Below are positions 37,180-49,959 of a stretch of DNA of 64,000 nucleotides, piece after piece. This stretch comes from Klebsormidium nitens (taxonomy: Eukaryota; Plantae; Klebsormidiophyceae), in assembly GCA_000708835.1 (NCBI GenBank), contig DF237438.1, forward strand, positions 1-64,000. Reading direction: 5' to 3'. Below the pieces are notes generated by a model. It saw only the letters and a program-made list of their open reading frames with translations, was not told where the DNA came from and did no database searches. Every line of letters starts with the position of its first letter. Position 1 is the stretch's first letter. A program made the position numbers and the translations under genes.

Positions 37180-37562
37180 TAACCTCACCAGTGACGTCCC
37201 GCAGAAACCAGTGGATGCGGCGCCTGAGCCATTCCAACCTGCCACAGCCCTCGCACTCGACTTCGATCACGGTGTTGGTTGAAGAGCCCAGATTTTAGTC
37301 CGAACTTCATTTGGCTTGCTGAATGATCACGGCGATTCTTACCCCATTATCGCTTTGATCTGGTTACACTTCGGGTTAGATGATAGAGTCGGTGAAGACG
37401 AGCTGGCTGTCGCCCAGGCGAAGGCCCAGGCCCAGGCCGAGGGCCTACAGACGTGCTACAGACGCTGTGCATTCGAAGTCAGCTGGGAATATGTGCATGG
37501 CGGCGTGCCTGTCCCCGCCTGCCTCACACCGCTGCCAGCTAGTCCTGAGAGGTGATACCTGA

Positions 37563-40168
37563 ATGGTGCCCTCGCTTCAGGCCAGCCCCGCCGCAGCGGA
37601 CGAGGATCTGAAGCTGTCCGTCTCAGAGCAAAATCTGTTGCGCAATGCTGACCCCCAGCGAGCAGACTCAGAGCGCACCCCATGGTGGACCGGCCTCGTT
37701 CTGTGCTCTGCCATCCTCGCAGTCTCCAGCGCCGCTGCTGCCTTTAAGTACATCGAAGGAGCAGCCCCCATCACGAGGGCGGGATGGAGGCTGCAGGTGG
37801 GGGGCCGACTGTTGGGAGCTACAACCCTCTGAACTGCCCATGTTATGAGAAATTCTTGCTGACAGTGCTGCAGCTTTTGTGCCCTACCCGCCTGCATCCG
37901 TTGGTCCTTAAGTCCCCTTAGCCCCCCTTGCTGCATGACTCAGTTGCTGTTGCTGTGTGGCAGGTGACCACCCTGGCGGTGAGCCCCCTTGCGTATGCTC
38001 AGTGGCGCACGCTGGCCCCCGAGCTGCGGCGGCGTGCGGGGCAGCCTGCCACGCTGGGGCTGCTGGCGCTGTCGGGGGCGTGCCTGGCGGTCCACTTTGG
38101 CACCTGGGTCTACAGCATTGATCACACCAGTGAGCAACGGCTGCCCACCTTGGCAGACTCTTGTGCTTTGCTCTCAGTCTGGGAATATTTGCTTCAGCCC
38201 CAATACTTAGCAGCTCAAGATGCGCCAGCGATATCATACACTAAAATGTCTGGCAGACATTTTAGTCTGCCAGACATTAGTCTGGATGCCTGTGACATGA
38301 TGCACAACATGTGGTGGCGGTGTTCTTTCCCCTGCCCGTCTTCAGGCCGTCTTCATCTTCTTGGTTGATGTTGTTCCTGAGCCTTAAGCTGGCTCTGCCG
38401 TCTCTTTTGCCAGGCCTGCCCCACTCGCTGCTCCTGGTGTGCTCCAGTCCACTGGTCCTCGCGGTTGCGTACTGCCTCACTTGCCGGCCCATCTCGTGGG
38501 GGGAGATCGGTGGGGTGGCCCTGGGCACGGGGGGCGCAGCCCTGCTGGCGCTGTCAGCCAAGAGCGACCGGGATGTGACTGTGCAGGGGGACGTGGCCGC
38601 GGTCCTGGCTGCGGCAGCCTTCTGTGGCTACATCACGTGTGGGAAGAGCCTGCGAGGTGCGCGTCTTGTTTTGTTCCCTGTCATTTTGGGGCCGTGCCAG
38701 AATCAATCTACTGCCACAGGACCACAGTATTCCTACGTAGCCACAGTAGAGTCTTGACTCTGTCACCTTACTTCACTAGACTTGACTACCCTCTGAAATT
38801 CTGATGACCTATACTGTGAACTTCGAAATTGACTGAACAGGCCCGGCCTTTCGAGGCCTTTCGAGGAACTGCAGAAGGCCGGCCTGTGCTTTTCGCCTTC
38901 CTTTACGTGTCCTTTTGACCCCGTTTCATCTGCTCCCTTGCAGACTGGCTCCCTTTGTTTTGCTACTCCTTCCCAGTCTCCCTAGTAGCCGCGCTGCTCC
39001 TGGCATCTGCTGGCATGGTGCTGGAAGGGTCGGGCGGCCTGGTGGACAACCGGCTGACGGGGCCCTTCTCCTTTGTGACCCACTCGGCGTACCTGCTCCC
39101 AGTGCTGTACCTCGCACTGGGGCCCGGCATCGTGAGTGGGCCACCCGCAGCATGTCGCAAAGTTTTGCAGGGATCCTATCTCATAATGCTGTTCTTTTAC
39201 GAGCAACATTTTCCAGACACTGTTCTGACCTCAAAGGTGAATTTTTGGTTGAGGGATGCCATTTGCCTGTAACACTGCTCTGGCCTTTTTCTATAAAACG
39301 TGTTTGCTCCAATTGCCCGATTCCCACGTCTTTCGCTCTTGGTTGTCAGGTGGGCCATGCCGGCCTGAACGCGGTGCTGCGGTACATGAGTCCGCTGTCG
39401 CTCAGCCTGGCGGTCTGCGTGGAGCCGCTGCTGGGCAGCCTGCTCGGCTGGGGGCTGCAGGTGTCGGCACTGCCAAGGTAAGCCCGCTTTGGGCCATGCG
39501 CCCAAGAACACGGAAGTTCTTTCCAATCTTTGAATGAAATCCCGGATATTGTTTGGTCAATTCTGTGGGGTCTGGGACGTGATTTGAACTGGTACTAACT
39601 TTTCATGCCACCAGTCCGTAGTCAAGCTAACTGGGTCGTACAAAAGTCTGGCATGTGGCGTTCTTGCGAAGCACGCGTTCCTGCCTGCTTGCCAGAATAT
39701 TCACTTGGGCGGGCGGGGTGCTGCTGATCGTGGCGACCATCGTCACTCAAATGGCTAGCCAGCAGCGGCTGGAATTGGCCAAAAGGCGGCCCGGGGGTAC
39801 CGAGCTGGTGAGAAGTCGTTGAAAGCTTTGCACTTTACGGTCTGATTCTCTTCCAAGTGTCGACGGCCTGGTTTTTGCCTGTCCTTGCTCGTCGGGTCCT
39901 GCTGATGAGACGTATGAGACTGTCTGCCTTATGAGCCCGTTCAAGTCGAGGGAGTCGTTGATGTCATTACTATGATTGATATTGTGCAAAGACTGATTGT
40001 GCCACTGCCTTCCGCCATTGTTGCCAGGTCCTCCTTCCGCTATCCGCCCCGGACGACGTTTTGGAGGGAACGGAGGAGAAACTGTTATTTGAGGGGGAGG
40101 GGCTGGCCGCGCAGCGAGATAGGCGGGAACGGGAGGCGCTGCTGGAGGAGGGTGCCGCACTGAAGTGA
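37563..40168 (+). CDS. EamA/DMT-superfamily membrane transporter, multi-exon
   Basis: About ten hydrophobic segments. Motifs AGWRLQ, ALSGACLAVHFGTWVYSIDHTS, GDVAAVLAAAAFCGY and GHAGLNAVLRYMSPLSLSLAVCVEPLLGSLLGW. The probable last exon is VLLPLSAPDD...EGAALK* (40028-40168). The start codon is uncertain. Confidence 0.85.
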
Positions 40169-41222
40169 TTAGTAAGGGGCTTTTTTCTTCGATCGTGAAG
40201 AATCAGTCAGATACATGTCCGGAATCGAAAAAGGATGCCGCTGGTTGAAAGCGCCGGTCCAAAGCTTTCAGTCCTTTGCTCTTTGCGGTTAGAAAGCTGG
40301 GGAGACAGGGTCTCCCCATAGATGGGGCGAAACGAGATCAAGTTGTGGAAACCAAAGACTTGGAGGTACAGCATTCAAGGACAACCATATGCGCCGTGGC
40401 ACGCGAAAAAGAGTTGTTTTGACATTGATGTATCGAGTAACTTATTATGAGCGCCGCATCACGATTGTGAGGCCTTATCGGTGCTGGTACGCGCACAGGG
40501 TTCAACGGTTGCCAGTATGAGGAGTCCGCCGCTATATTGTCGAGACTTAGGACGAATTGAAGGAATCTTGCATGAGCGGTCTAGGCGCATCTTAATTCCA
40601 TGATTCACTGAGCTGTGCGTATGATTGCAGATTTGGGGACCTGCGAGCGCAACCTGCGCGTCTAGCTGCAGGCTCACTCGTATAATGCGCCGCTGATTAG
40701 CTTCATGCATGCATCGACTAGTCCTCAACTTCACATCGCTGACCGCCACGCGGTCACTATATATTTGCCTGATCGATTGTCACTGCATGATCGACTGAAG
40801 CTGGGGTGCGTGTCAGTGTAAAATTTAGTCCATGACACTCACGTTGACATGTGCATGAAGATGCAGATGACGACCCATGCATGGTGACCCGATGGGGTTC
40901 TTTTCTTAAGCGCTCAATGCCAGAACCCTCAATTCATGTTTCATGTACGCACATATGCACGTTGCAACCAACTTTCCAGGGCCAAGCTAAACCCGGCGAA
41001 TACGCAACGAGTCGCAGGAGACAGCTGCGGAAGGTCATCGCCCATCTTTTCAGCGTAAGCGAGATGAGCATGGTGAAGACCAGATCGGCACGCCGCAGCC
41101 ATTAAAAATCGACGGCCTGCTAACGCATGCAGACAAAACAACAAAATTGTTGCAAGAGCGAGTTGGTTCTACCAAGCAGACTCGGTTTCGCAGATATTTT
41201 GTCCGCAGCAATCATCCTCGTT

Positions 41223-43123
41223 CTATGCCTTGACGGCTTGCTTCGGCTTCTCGGGCACCTTGGTGTCGGGCGGCGGCGCGGGGTTCTTGACGTCGAGCAT
41301 GCCCTTCTCCTTGAGCTTCGGGTCGAAGCGCAGGCTCTCCGTCGACTGCCGCGCCGCGTAGCTGGCCTTCAACTCGGCCTCCACCCGCCGCGCCACTTGC
41401 TTCAGGGCCTTCGCTGTCGGGGGCCCCGGCGCGGCCTCCTCCACCGCCGCCTTCTCATCGTCCGTCATCAGCGGGCGCACGTCCAGCGGGTTCTCCCACC
41501 TGCGGCCGAGTGGAGCGAGCCGGGGTGAGGCACAGCGCAGAGGGACAGGAGTCAACGACCTGGGCAGTCTTTTCCAGGCACAAATTGAGTAGGGAGAGAG
41601 GTTAGAAAGCCGCTCACAAGTGCCCAAGTTAGGGTTCACGCTTTCAACAGATACGCCAACGGTTGACAAAAGTGAACGGCGGCTGTGCGCCTTGGCGTCT
41701 GCTTTGTCGGCGCCTCTGGTCTGTAAACATTCGTTCAAGACAAGACGTGAACCTCATCAGATTCTCCAGCTAGGGAGAGTGTTCAATGCCCATCCTGCTT
41801 TTCCCCCGCTCAACGTCCGCTGGCGACCCACAAACTCGGCGGCATGCCGCCTGATGTCGACTCACCTGTTTTGCTCGGGCCCGTTGTCGTTCCCTGTCGG
41901 CCGGTAGCCCAGCTCGGCAATCCAGGCGTCGCGGATGGCCTCCAGCGCGCTGCGCCTGGGTGCCTTGATGTGCTGCACCTTGACGGCCCAGCACTGCAGG
42001 GGCACGCGCGCAAAGTGCAGCCGCAGAGAGGGGCCGATCTGCACGGCGCCAAGCACGGCGCGGATCAGGGACGAGGGCGAGCGAGAGACTCCTGCCAGCT
42101 GTATATCCCAGCGAACTGAGGACAGCTTTGGACCCCATATCCGTACGCGACTTCAACTGCACAGAAGACATGTCCTGGTAACACAGTGTGTGTTGATGGA
42201 AGAGAAAGCAAGCCGGACACCAGAAAAAAGTAAAAACCCTAAAACCCTAAAACCCTAACGAGTTTAAGTCCCACTTCGTGTGTTTCAGAAACTGTCTCGC
42301 AGGGCGGCTCTCGGGCTTTGGTGCTCTCACCGCACGGGAGATGCCCACGTGACGGACGACTTTCTCTTCATCGAAGATCGCATACACGCTGGCCTTGGCG
42401 TCCGCCTGCGAGCAGTCCGCAATCTTGCCCTCCTCCGTCAAGAACGGCACCAGCGGCAGCTCCGCCAGGGGGGTCACCGGAGCAGCACCACGCCCCGCCC
42501 GCCGCGCAGCCGCCTGCCGCCGCTCATACTCCGCTTTCGCAGCGGCAGTGGCCGCCCGGGTGGCTTCTGCAGAACCGACGAAGAACCACTTCAAAGAGCG
42601 CTGCGGATTGTTATGCGGAAACTTGCGGAACGTCCAGCCAACCGTCAAGCACACGAGGAGGAAACCAAAGGTTGCCAGTACAGACGTGCACGCGCTGTAT
42701 CTGTTGCCACCAGCAATGCAGCGAGGCACATACTGTACGGCAAAGCGGTTTGCTCGGCATATTTCCAATCTGCTACGACAGTGGTGCCGCTGTTCACACA
42801 TGACGGAACATTCCAGCTGCCTTCTCGAGTCGATCCCGCAACTGAGTCTGTTAGTGCCCACCTGCGTGCTGGTCCGCCAGCTCTAGTTTCTTCTTCCACG
42901 CTGGCTCGCCCTCCGCTCCGCCCTCCGCCGCAGCCGCGCGCACCGCAACCGAGTGAGATCTCCCTTGCGGCTTGGCTGTTCTGCTACCTTGCTTAACGCC
43001 CAGCAACCCAATGACACCGTTCTTGAGCGCAAGCTCCTGTGTGTGTGTTTCTCCTAGCCCCTGACTACGGAGGGCGGGAGACCCCGCTAGGAAGCGAGGT
43101 GCAACGGTTATAACCGTAGCCAT
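41223..43123 (-). CDS. Plastid-type GIY-YIG-superfamily domain protein (cyanobacterial-like), multi-exon
   Basis: Transit-peptide-like start MATVITVAPRFLAGSPALRS. Core SVYAIFDEEKVVRHVGISR...LRLHFARVP...LEAIRDAWIAELGYRPTGNDNG..Q|NRWENPLDV...LRFDPKLKEKGMLDVK. Confidence 0.75.
42233..42258. repeat. Interstitial telomere-like repeat (AAAACCCT)3
   Basis: AAAACCCTAAAACCCTAAAACCCTAA, equal to (TTTTAGGG)n on the minus strand, inside an intron. Confidence 0.7.
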
Positions 43124-43484
43124 GATAACTCTACACGCAACTCTTTCTAGCCTAGCAGAAACGACCTGGGAAACAAGAGAACTCGAGGATGAGCAGTCTG
43201 GAGGAAAACTTAAGCAACTCGAATCTTGTCGATCGTCCAATCTGCATGACCATTGAAACAGACTCGAGATGTCAGCTTGTGGTCAAGATGGGAACACAAT
43301 CGATACGACGAAATCGGATCGGCTCCTCTTCTCTGTGATATCTACCTTTAGTGGATCTTGGCTGAATCTCGCTGAGTAGCGGGACGATCCTCTTTCAGCG
43401 AATGGAGTATGACAGCCAGAGAGTATAGGAGAATGCAGCTCGATGCTGGCGGTGCTGCCACGTTCTTGTAAAGATGCTCACCGC

Positions 43485-45631
43485 TTAACCTAGAGGTAGC
43501 AGGCCCTCCTCAATCAACCTGGTCAACTCTTCCGAAAATCTGCAGCGAGACCCACAAGTAGAATGAAATCTAATATGCAGCAAAGATATCAAACACTGAT
43601 TTGGCATGCTTTGCGCTAAATCCGCTAAGGTAACTACCAGTTCTGAGGGAGACAGTTTACGCAGGAGATAACTTCGGATATGCAAAGACCGCGGCTGGCT
43701 GCTGAAGCATGTGAAAAGCCCTGATACTTTTCAGTCGGCCTGTAGATACCAGGTGAGGCTTTGAGGGGTGGTGCGTACCTGCAGAGGGGGAAGCCCATCA
43801 CCGTGAAATAGTCCCCCTGCAGCCGGCGCACCAGGCAGCCCCCCAGGCTCTGGATGCCGTACGCGCCCGCCTGCAGTCACGGGAGACCCCACATAACACG
43901 AAAGTACTTTTTAAAAGTAATGTCGATACTGCCCAAACAAGAATGTCAACGTCTCAACAACCAAGCGGCTGTGCTTATAGCAACAAAGTACTACAACTTG
44001 GCGGCCAGGTTGTTGCCACCACATCACTCCTGTTTTAAGGAGGGAATGTAAGTGACGCACTGGCATGAAAGTGTGATTGGTTCCACTTTGCTCGGCGCTC
44101 GCACCTTGTCGAGGGAATCCCCCGTTGCGACGTATGCGTCGATGGTGGCCTCCTGCAGCGGGGCAAACTCGACCTGGGTGGTCTCAGAGAAGGTGCGTAC
44201 CAGGGGGCCAGAACCACCTGCTGGGTCTGAGGGAGAAAAAGAAACATGATGTCAGAGGGCCACACACCACCTTACAGACAGGTGCTTAGAGGAGCTCTTG
44301 ACTGCTGCATTGATGAGACTATAGCGCACGCATTGGATTGGTGGTGATACAGCCGGTGTGAGATGCAACAGCTCTGACGTGATTGGGGATTGTTGATCTG
44401 GTTTGAAACACTGTGTAGTGATTTTTGGGGGAGCTTAGTAAGCTACAGTCAGTGCCCGGCGCAACAAATGAAGACGGCTCACCTTGCACTTTGGGCAGAA
44501 GAAGCACCACCCCCGTATGCACCGAGTGCCACTCGCCTGCAAGGGAGCGAACACCAATTAGAACAGACGACTCACACCTGCAATGCACGCTTCTCCAGGC
44601 CAATGCTTTTAGAGCAAGTGAACGCTCCTTGCCAGCGTTCATCGATTCAAAGGTTGTCCTTTCTTACAGGCGGTCAAGACCGGGGGAACTGGTCATAAAA
44701 TGTTGCCCGTGTTAGAATTGCACTCTTCTGCCCCTGTGCTGCTTAGAAGGCTCACCGCTGAGGCGCGTGAGGAACTCCTTTGCCTGGGCTGCGTCACGGG
44801 GCTTCTCCAAAATCACCCCACCGTGCTCTACCACAGTGTCCGCGCCAATCACCAAGTCCGGCTGCGCACCACCCTGCACAACACAACTAAGATGAGCATC
44901 CCGTGCGGTTACATTGAGAGTACGAGGCTCACAGAACCACCAGCAAAAGAATCTTTTAGAGCATTGTCTAAGAAGATAGTGATTTGGGTTTTCTGGGCCT
45001 GCTGCCAAGGAACAATGGCAAAAACCAAATTGTAGGCCTTGTACGAATGCGTACGAGAAAATTGGACGACTTGCAGTCTTACCTCTGAGGCGCACCTGAG
45101 CGCCACCTCAATTGCCTTGTGGGTGGCAGTCTCGATGGCGTACAGCGCCGCAGTTTTGAAGCTGCTCTTGTCCAATTGCTCCTCAAAAGTGGACGCGATG
45201 CACTGGATGGTAAGGCCCTGCATAAGAACAGTAGGCTGTCTCAGACTAATTTGCAGCATGGCTTTGACAAACCCTGTCAGTTCTCAATTCCAATATGGCA
45301 TTGAGTTTCAGGCGCCATGCCTGTGCAGAAGGCTTTGCTGAATTCAGTAGTCTGCGCCAAAAATTGACTGTGAGTCAACAGGACGGCAATGCAATGCTGG
45401 CATTATCAAGCATTGAATCTAAGCAAATCCGAACATCTTATCCACATGGCTCCAGAGAGTTTCCCTACATTTGACAGCAATGCTCCACTAACCATCACGA
45501 CACACGCAAGAATCAGAGGTGGTTGAAAGGCAGCCCACCAGTCCCTGCAGCAGCTCTTTCCTACGCGGGCTTTGTGACCCCAAGATGATGCGCTTCTGGG
45601 AATTGAGCTTGGCAATGTGTTGGAGCACCAT
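43485..45631 (-). CDS. maf: Maf/YhdE-family nucleoside-triphosphate pyrophosphatase, multi-exon
   Basis: RIILGSQSPRRKELL, STFEEQLDK, KAIEVA, LVIGADTVVEHGGVILEKP, LAGEWHSVHTGV and DK|AGAYGIQ...GDYFTVMGFPL. Confidence 0.92.
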
Positions 45632-46077
45632 GCTAGGTCCGGACAGGTGCGGCGGGCCGCCCTCTTCTTCTCCCTTGCCTTGGCCCTTCACTGTCAGCTT
45701 CACTAAAATTTTGTGTCGCAGGCTGTGGTAGAAAATGTTGACAACTTAGGAACTCGTCTATATGGCATGGGCCAAACGGTGTGTAGCCACATGCCGCCGT
45801 ATTGTTGACGAGCGCCTGCCGGTTTTCGAGTTAGACCGCCTTTTGTGCCCTGAAGAGGTGGCGTTTTGACAATCTTAGCGGTAACGCTATCATTCTGAAG
45901 AAAGAATCGATTTCTTCTTATACATGCACATTCTGCCAATATATGATCCAATCGGAACAAGCTAGAACCAGGTATTACTATTATGAGATTGACAAATTGT
46001 GCTGTTGATCAAGAGTATGACATGAGGCGTGCAGGACACTAGGCTGCATCCCTCGCGCCAAAGATTCTCATGGGACG

Positions 46078-48983
46078 ATGGGGAACTCACATCGGTCTCC
46101 TCCGAAGGAGGATTGGGTTTTTGAAGAAGATGACCTGGTGGGTGACCTTACTCGGGGGCACGGCGCTGACCTGTTTGCCCCACGAAGCTCGGACGCGTCC
46201 TCACTCCACATGGGGGCTGTAAAAGCAGGCCAGGAAGGCGCATCTGACAGCTGTGGAACCCCGGGGCTGCAGAGGGAGGGGCAACTAGACGAGTGCGACG
46301 CTTCTTGCCCCAAAGACCAGCTGGAAAAAGTGAGCGTCGAGGATGAAAGGAAGATGGGAGGGGAGCAGGCTTCTACTTCAGGACGGGACAATGCGTTTGC
46401 AGCTGCAGCAGACGTTTTGCTGAGGGGGGAGTGTGTTGTTGCTTTTACTGGAGCGGGGATTTCAGTCGAATCAGGTAAGAGGCTTTTGCTTGAGAAAGCG
46501 TTGCGAAACATTTTGCAATGGGGAACGTCGTTATCACTTCCGCCCAGCTTGGCCCCAAAAGCACAGTCGCGATGTGCCTCGTTTGTGAATTATAGCGCGA
46601 AGCAGGTGGAGCTGGTGCTGCATAGTTCGGCAGGTTGATGTAACATGGGGGACGAAAGTCTCTGACTGATACCAGAAGAAGTTGCTCCGAAATCTGTTCT
46701 GATGTTCCATCCTCCAACACTGGCAGCTTCTATGCTTTCTTGCTGACTATGCCTTCTCTGGAGGGAACTTCCAATTGGATTTTTTACTTAGTCACACTTC
46801 TAATGTCACGTCTAAGTTCAGCGCTTTGTCGCGTCCAGGTATCCCAGACTTCCGGAGCCCAAGCGGGTTGTGGGCAAGGTTCGATCCGGGTCTTTATTGC
46901 AGTTATCCAGCTTTCATTGAGAGGTGATGGTCGCAGAAGCCCCACAGACCCAAAAATGGCTTGGTGGCAGACATCTTCAATTCTAAGCTGGCAAGTGCGG
47001 AGAGTTTCGAGAACCATGGTGATTGCGTGCACTGGATTGAGAAACGGCACGTTTCAAAGCACTAGACATCTGCTTGAAGATGACGAAACAGACCACCACA
47101 TCCACCCTCGCTCTTGAAATTGTTGTAATCCCAGTGAACAGTGAAGGGAAGGAGTGTGTGAAGTTCATGTTGCAATGATTGTTGAACGACCTTGTCGGGG
47201 TGTCTGAGAAACACTTTCTGCATGGTCACAGTAGTTCCTGGGAAGTTCCACAGGCCACGTTGAGTGTTTGTTTCGCTGTAGTGAGATGCCTCTGCGCTAT
47301 CCGTAGGCCAGAGTTGTTTTGGACGATGGCGCTCGAGATGCAGTGGTTGACGGGCGATGCGGAGCCCAACCGCGGGCACGCAGCCCTGGTCCAGCTGGAG
47401 CAGCTGGCGGGGCTCCGCTGCGTGGTCACACAAAACGTGGATGGCCTGCACCAGGTAAACGGGAGCAATCTTTAACATTCTTTCAAAAGAGGAGCCGAAT
47501 CAGTGAAAGGAAATAAAACATTGGTCCAAAGCACCAAGAGACCAGTGGTCAAGAGTATCTGCTTTGAAAGTATGGCAATGGCCAAAAGGGAGGAGCCTCC
47601 TGACAGTTGCTAGGCTTCATAGCTGCCCTTGCGTTCTGTTACGGGTCTGGCGATTCCCGGGAGGATTGTCCTTCATGTCCCTGCCATATTCGAAACATCC
47701 TCGACAATTGTCTTTTACAATGAGATCCATTCCAGTCAATTGTGCCGACCTAAGGTTTGGGTCATCCGTTCTTCTGATTATCCAGAAACTTTGCAGGAAC
47801 TTCCAATCGGATAAGCCCGTGTCACAGCGCGCCCTTGCCTTGCGTCTTGCAATCCTGGCTGAGCTCCCCTCCCCCCGCCGCCTGGTGCAGCGCGCCGGCT
47901 CCGCTGCGGTCCACGAGCTGCACGGCACAGTGTGCACCATGACTTGTGTGGCGTGCAAGAAGAAGCGCTCCGTCTGGCGGGAGATGGAACGGCTCCGCTC
48001 GCTGAATAAAAAGCAGGTATGGGGCGGCATTGCGCACTCTGCTTTTGGGGGAACCTTCGGATAAAAGTCCACAACAAGGGCGGCCTCGATCCTAACTCTT
48101 AGGCTGGCCAGGAAACCCACGTGTGTGAAGGCATTGAATGTTGCGCTTTTGGCTGTCGATGCTGGTTAACGAGGCACCCTGCGATTACTCTCCTTCTGTT
48201 TGTGCATGGCCATTCGCACATGAGCCCAAACTCTCGCCAGAGGGCAGCATCAAGGCGCACTTCGCTTTCCGCTTTTTTTTCCAAGGATCGGTCCTGACAG
48301 TTACGTTCTTCTGCGCAGCTCGAGCCTGCCGACGTGCCGCGCTGCCATCGCTGTGCCGGCGCCATGAAGATGGACGTGGTCTTGTTCGGTGAGGCGCTGC
48401 AGTACGCGGTGCTGCAGGAGGCCATGCGGGCCGCCACCGCAGCTGACGTCATCCTGGTCGTTGGCACCAGCCTCTCGGTGAGTGCACATAGTAGTGCTGA
48501 CGTGTACGCGTAGCTATTGCGGGCTTGACGGTATGGCATGGTTGCGCCCAAAAATGTGATCCTTCTGAGCCGTTTGGCTCGATATTGAGTAACAATGTTA
48601 CTTTCAGAAAGTTGGAAGCTGTTGTCTCTTGGAGCGCCATGTGCTGATGATTGGTAACACTCCGATTATTTTTGAAGCATCGTTTCAGGTCCTCTCATTG
48701 TTCTCAGGTCGCTCCCGCAAACAGCCTGGTGCAGCAGTGCAAGGCGCGCGGTGGCCAAGTCATCGTGTGCAATCTAGACGACTCGGGGCAAGAATACGCG
48801 GACATTGTTTTGCAAGGGAATGCCTCAGACACGCTCGAAAGACTGGTAGCGGCTTGCACCCAGAAGCTCGATGAAAAGCGACTGGGATTGGAAGCACTCA
48901 TCAACGAGAATCGGCAGTTGCCCGCTCCAAGTGAAAGGACGCTTGCGTTGGATCGAGCCCTCTCTGTTGGCAGCCTTCTATGA
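46078..48983 (+). CDS. Sir2-family NAD-dependent deacylase resembling prokaryotic class U/III sirtuins, multi-exon
   Basis: FTGAGISVES|GIPDFRSPSGLWARFDP, EPNRGHAAL, VVTQNVDGLHQ|RAGS..VHELHGT, zinc pairs CVAC and CHRC, DVVLFGEAL, VVGTSLS|VAPANSL and IVCNLD. Confidence 0.93.
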
Positions 48984-49959
48984 CAATAGTAGAAGCGTGC
49001 TGGCTTGCGCGACCAGTTTGATGCATGGTCAAGTGGGTCTGACGCAACTTTTGATAGCCTTGCCGATGTGGCAGCCTCTAGAAATAGAGGGACTTCGCTA
49101 GAGGGAACACTTGATTCCTACTACGTCGTTTTTTTTACTGATCCAACTTCCTTGGTGTGAACCACTGGAAGCCGCAGTACATGTGAGTCACTTCAAGCAC
49201 CCATATGTTGGCTGCAATCCACTGAGCACGCGTACTTAGGCATTGACGGTCCGTGCTTGATCGGAATCTAGATGGTCCTGCGGCCCGGCCGTGAGGCACT
49301 GCATATGTGTTTCAAAATCAAGTTCTAGCTGACATCTACAAACCGTGGGCCCGCACCTAGCTCTAGCTAGCTTGCATCAATAATGAAGGATCGCGATGAG
49401 TGCCCGCCCCGCGTGCACCGTCATGCATGGGAGTCGATCGATTTGCAATTGCAGTCGCGGATTGTCTGGACGTATGCAATGATCGTTGCAAAGTATCACG
49501 GCATGGAATGGTCCGACTATAGAGCTGCTGCATGATTGAAGTATACCAGATCTGACATCTAATGGTACGTGACTGCATGAAAGCTATTCGCTTACTAACA
49601 CATCCGACAGACTGAGTTCGTCTATACTGTCATGCTGGCATGCACAGCTTAGGCTGCCGCAGCCAGGGAATTCCACCGACATAAATTACTCCTGTAACGA
49701 TGCGATCAGCTGCACGTCCGGTGAATCTTAGATGGTGCACGCATGTATAAGTGCATATCCATTCCAGAATGGGCCGCATGTGAACGGATGTCCAAAAATG
49801 TCAGTAGTAGCAGGCCAAGCCACTGATTGTGAATGGCTGCCGTTCCCTGCAGTGGTTGCCAAGAAGTGTCTGCATGTCACACTGGGCATGACAACCCCTC
49901 TGGCCCATTGTTTTGCACGTTCCAGGAGTACCTTTGAACAGGTGCGTCAATCACGTCTT

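Noticed and set aside
46054-46062. Single canonical E2F word (TTTGGCGCG on the minus strand) just before the sirtuin ATG
   Set aside because: It is an isolated 9-mer, probably within the 5' UTR, and cannot be told from chance.
47180-47240. Minus-strand peptide VFLRHPDKV resembling a sirtuin segment, suggesting an inverted exon
   Set aside because: The plus-strand exons already supply this region in frame (FDPGLYCSYPAFIE|RPELFW), so the resemblance is coincidental.
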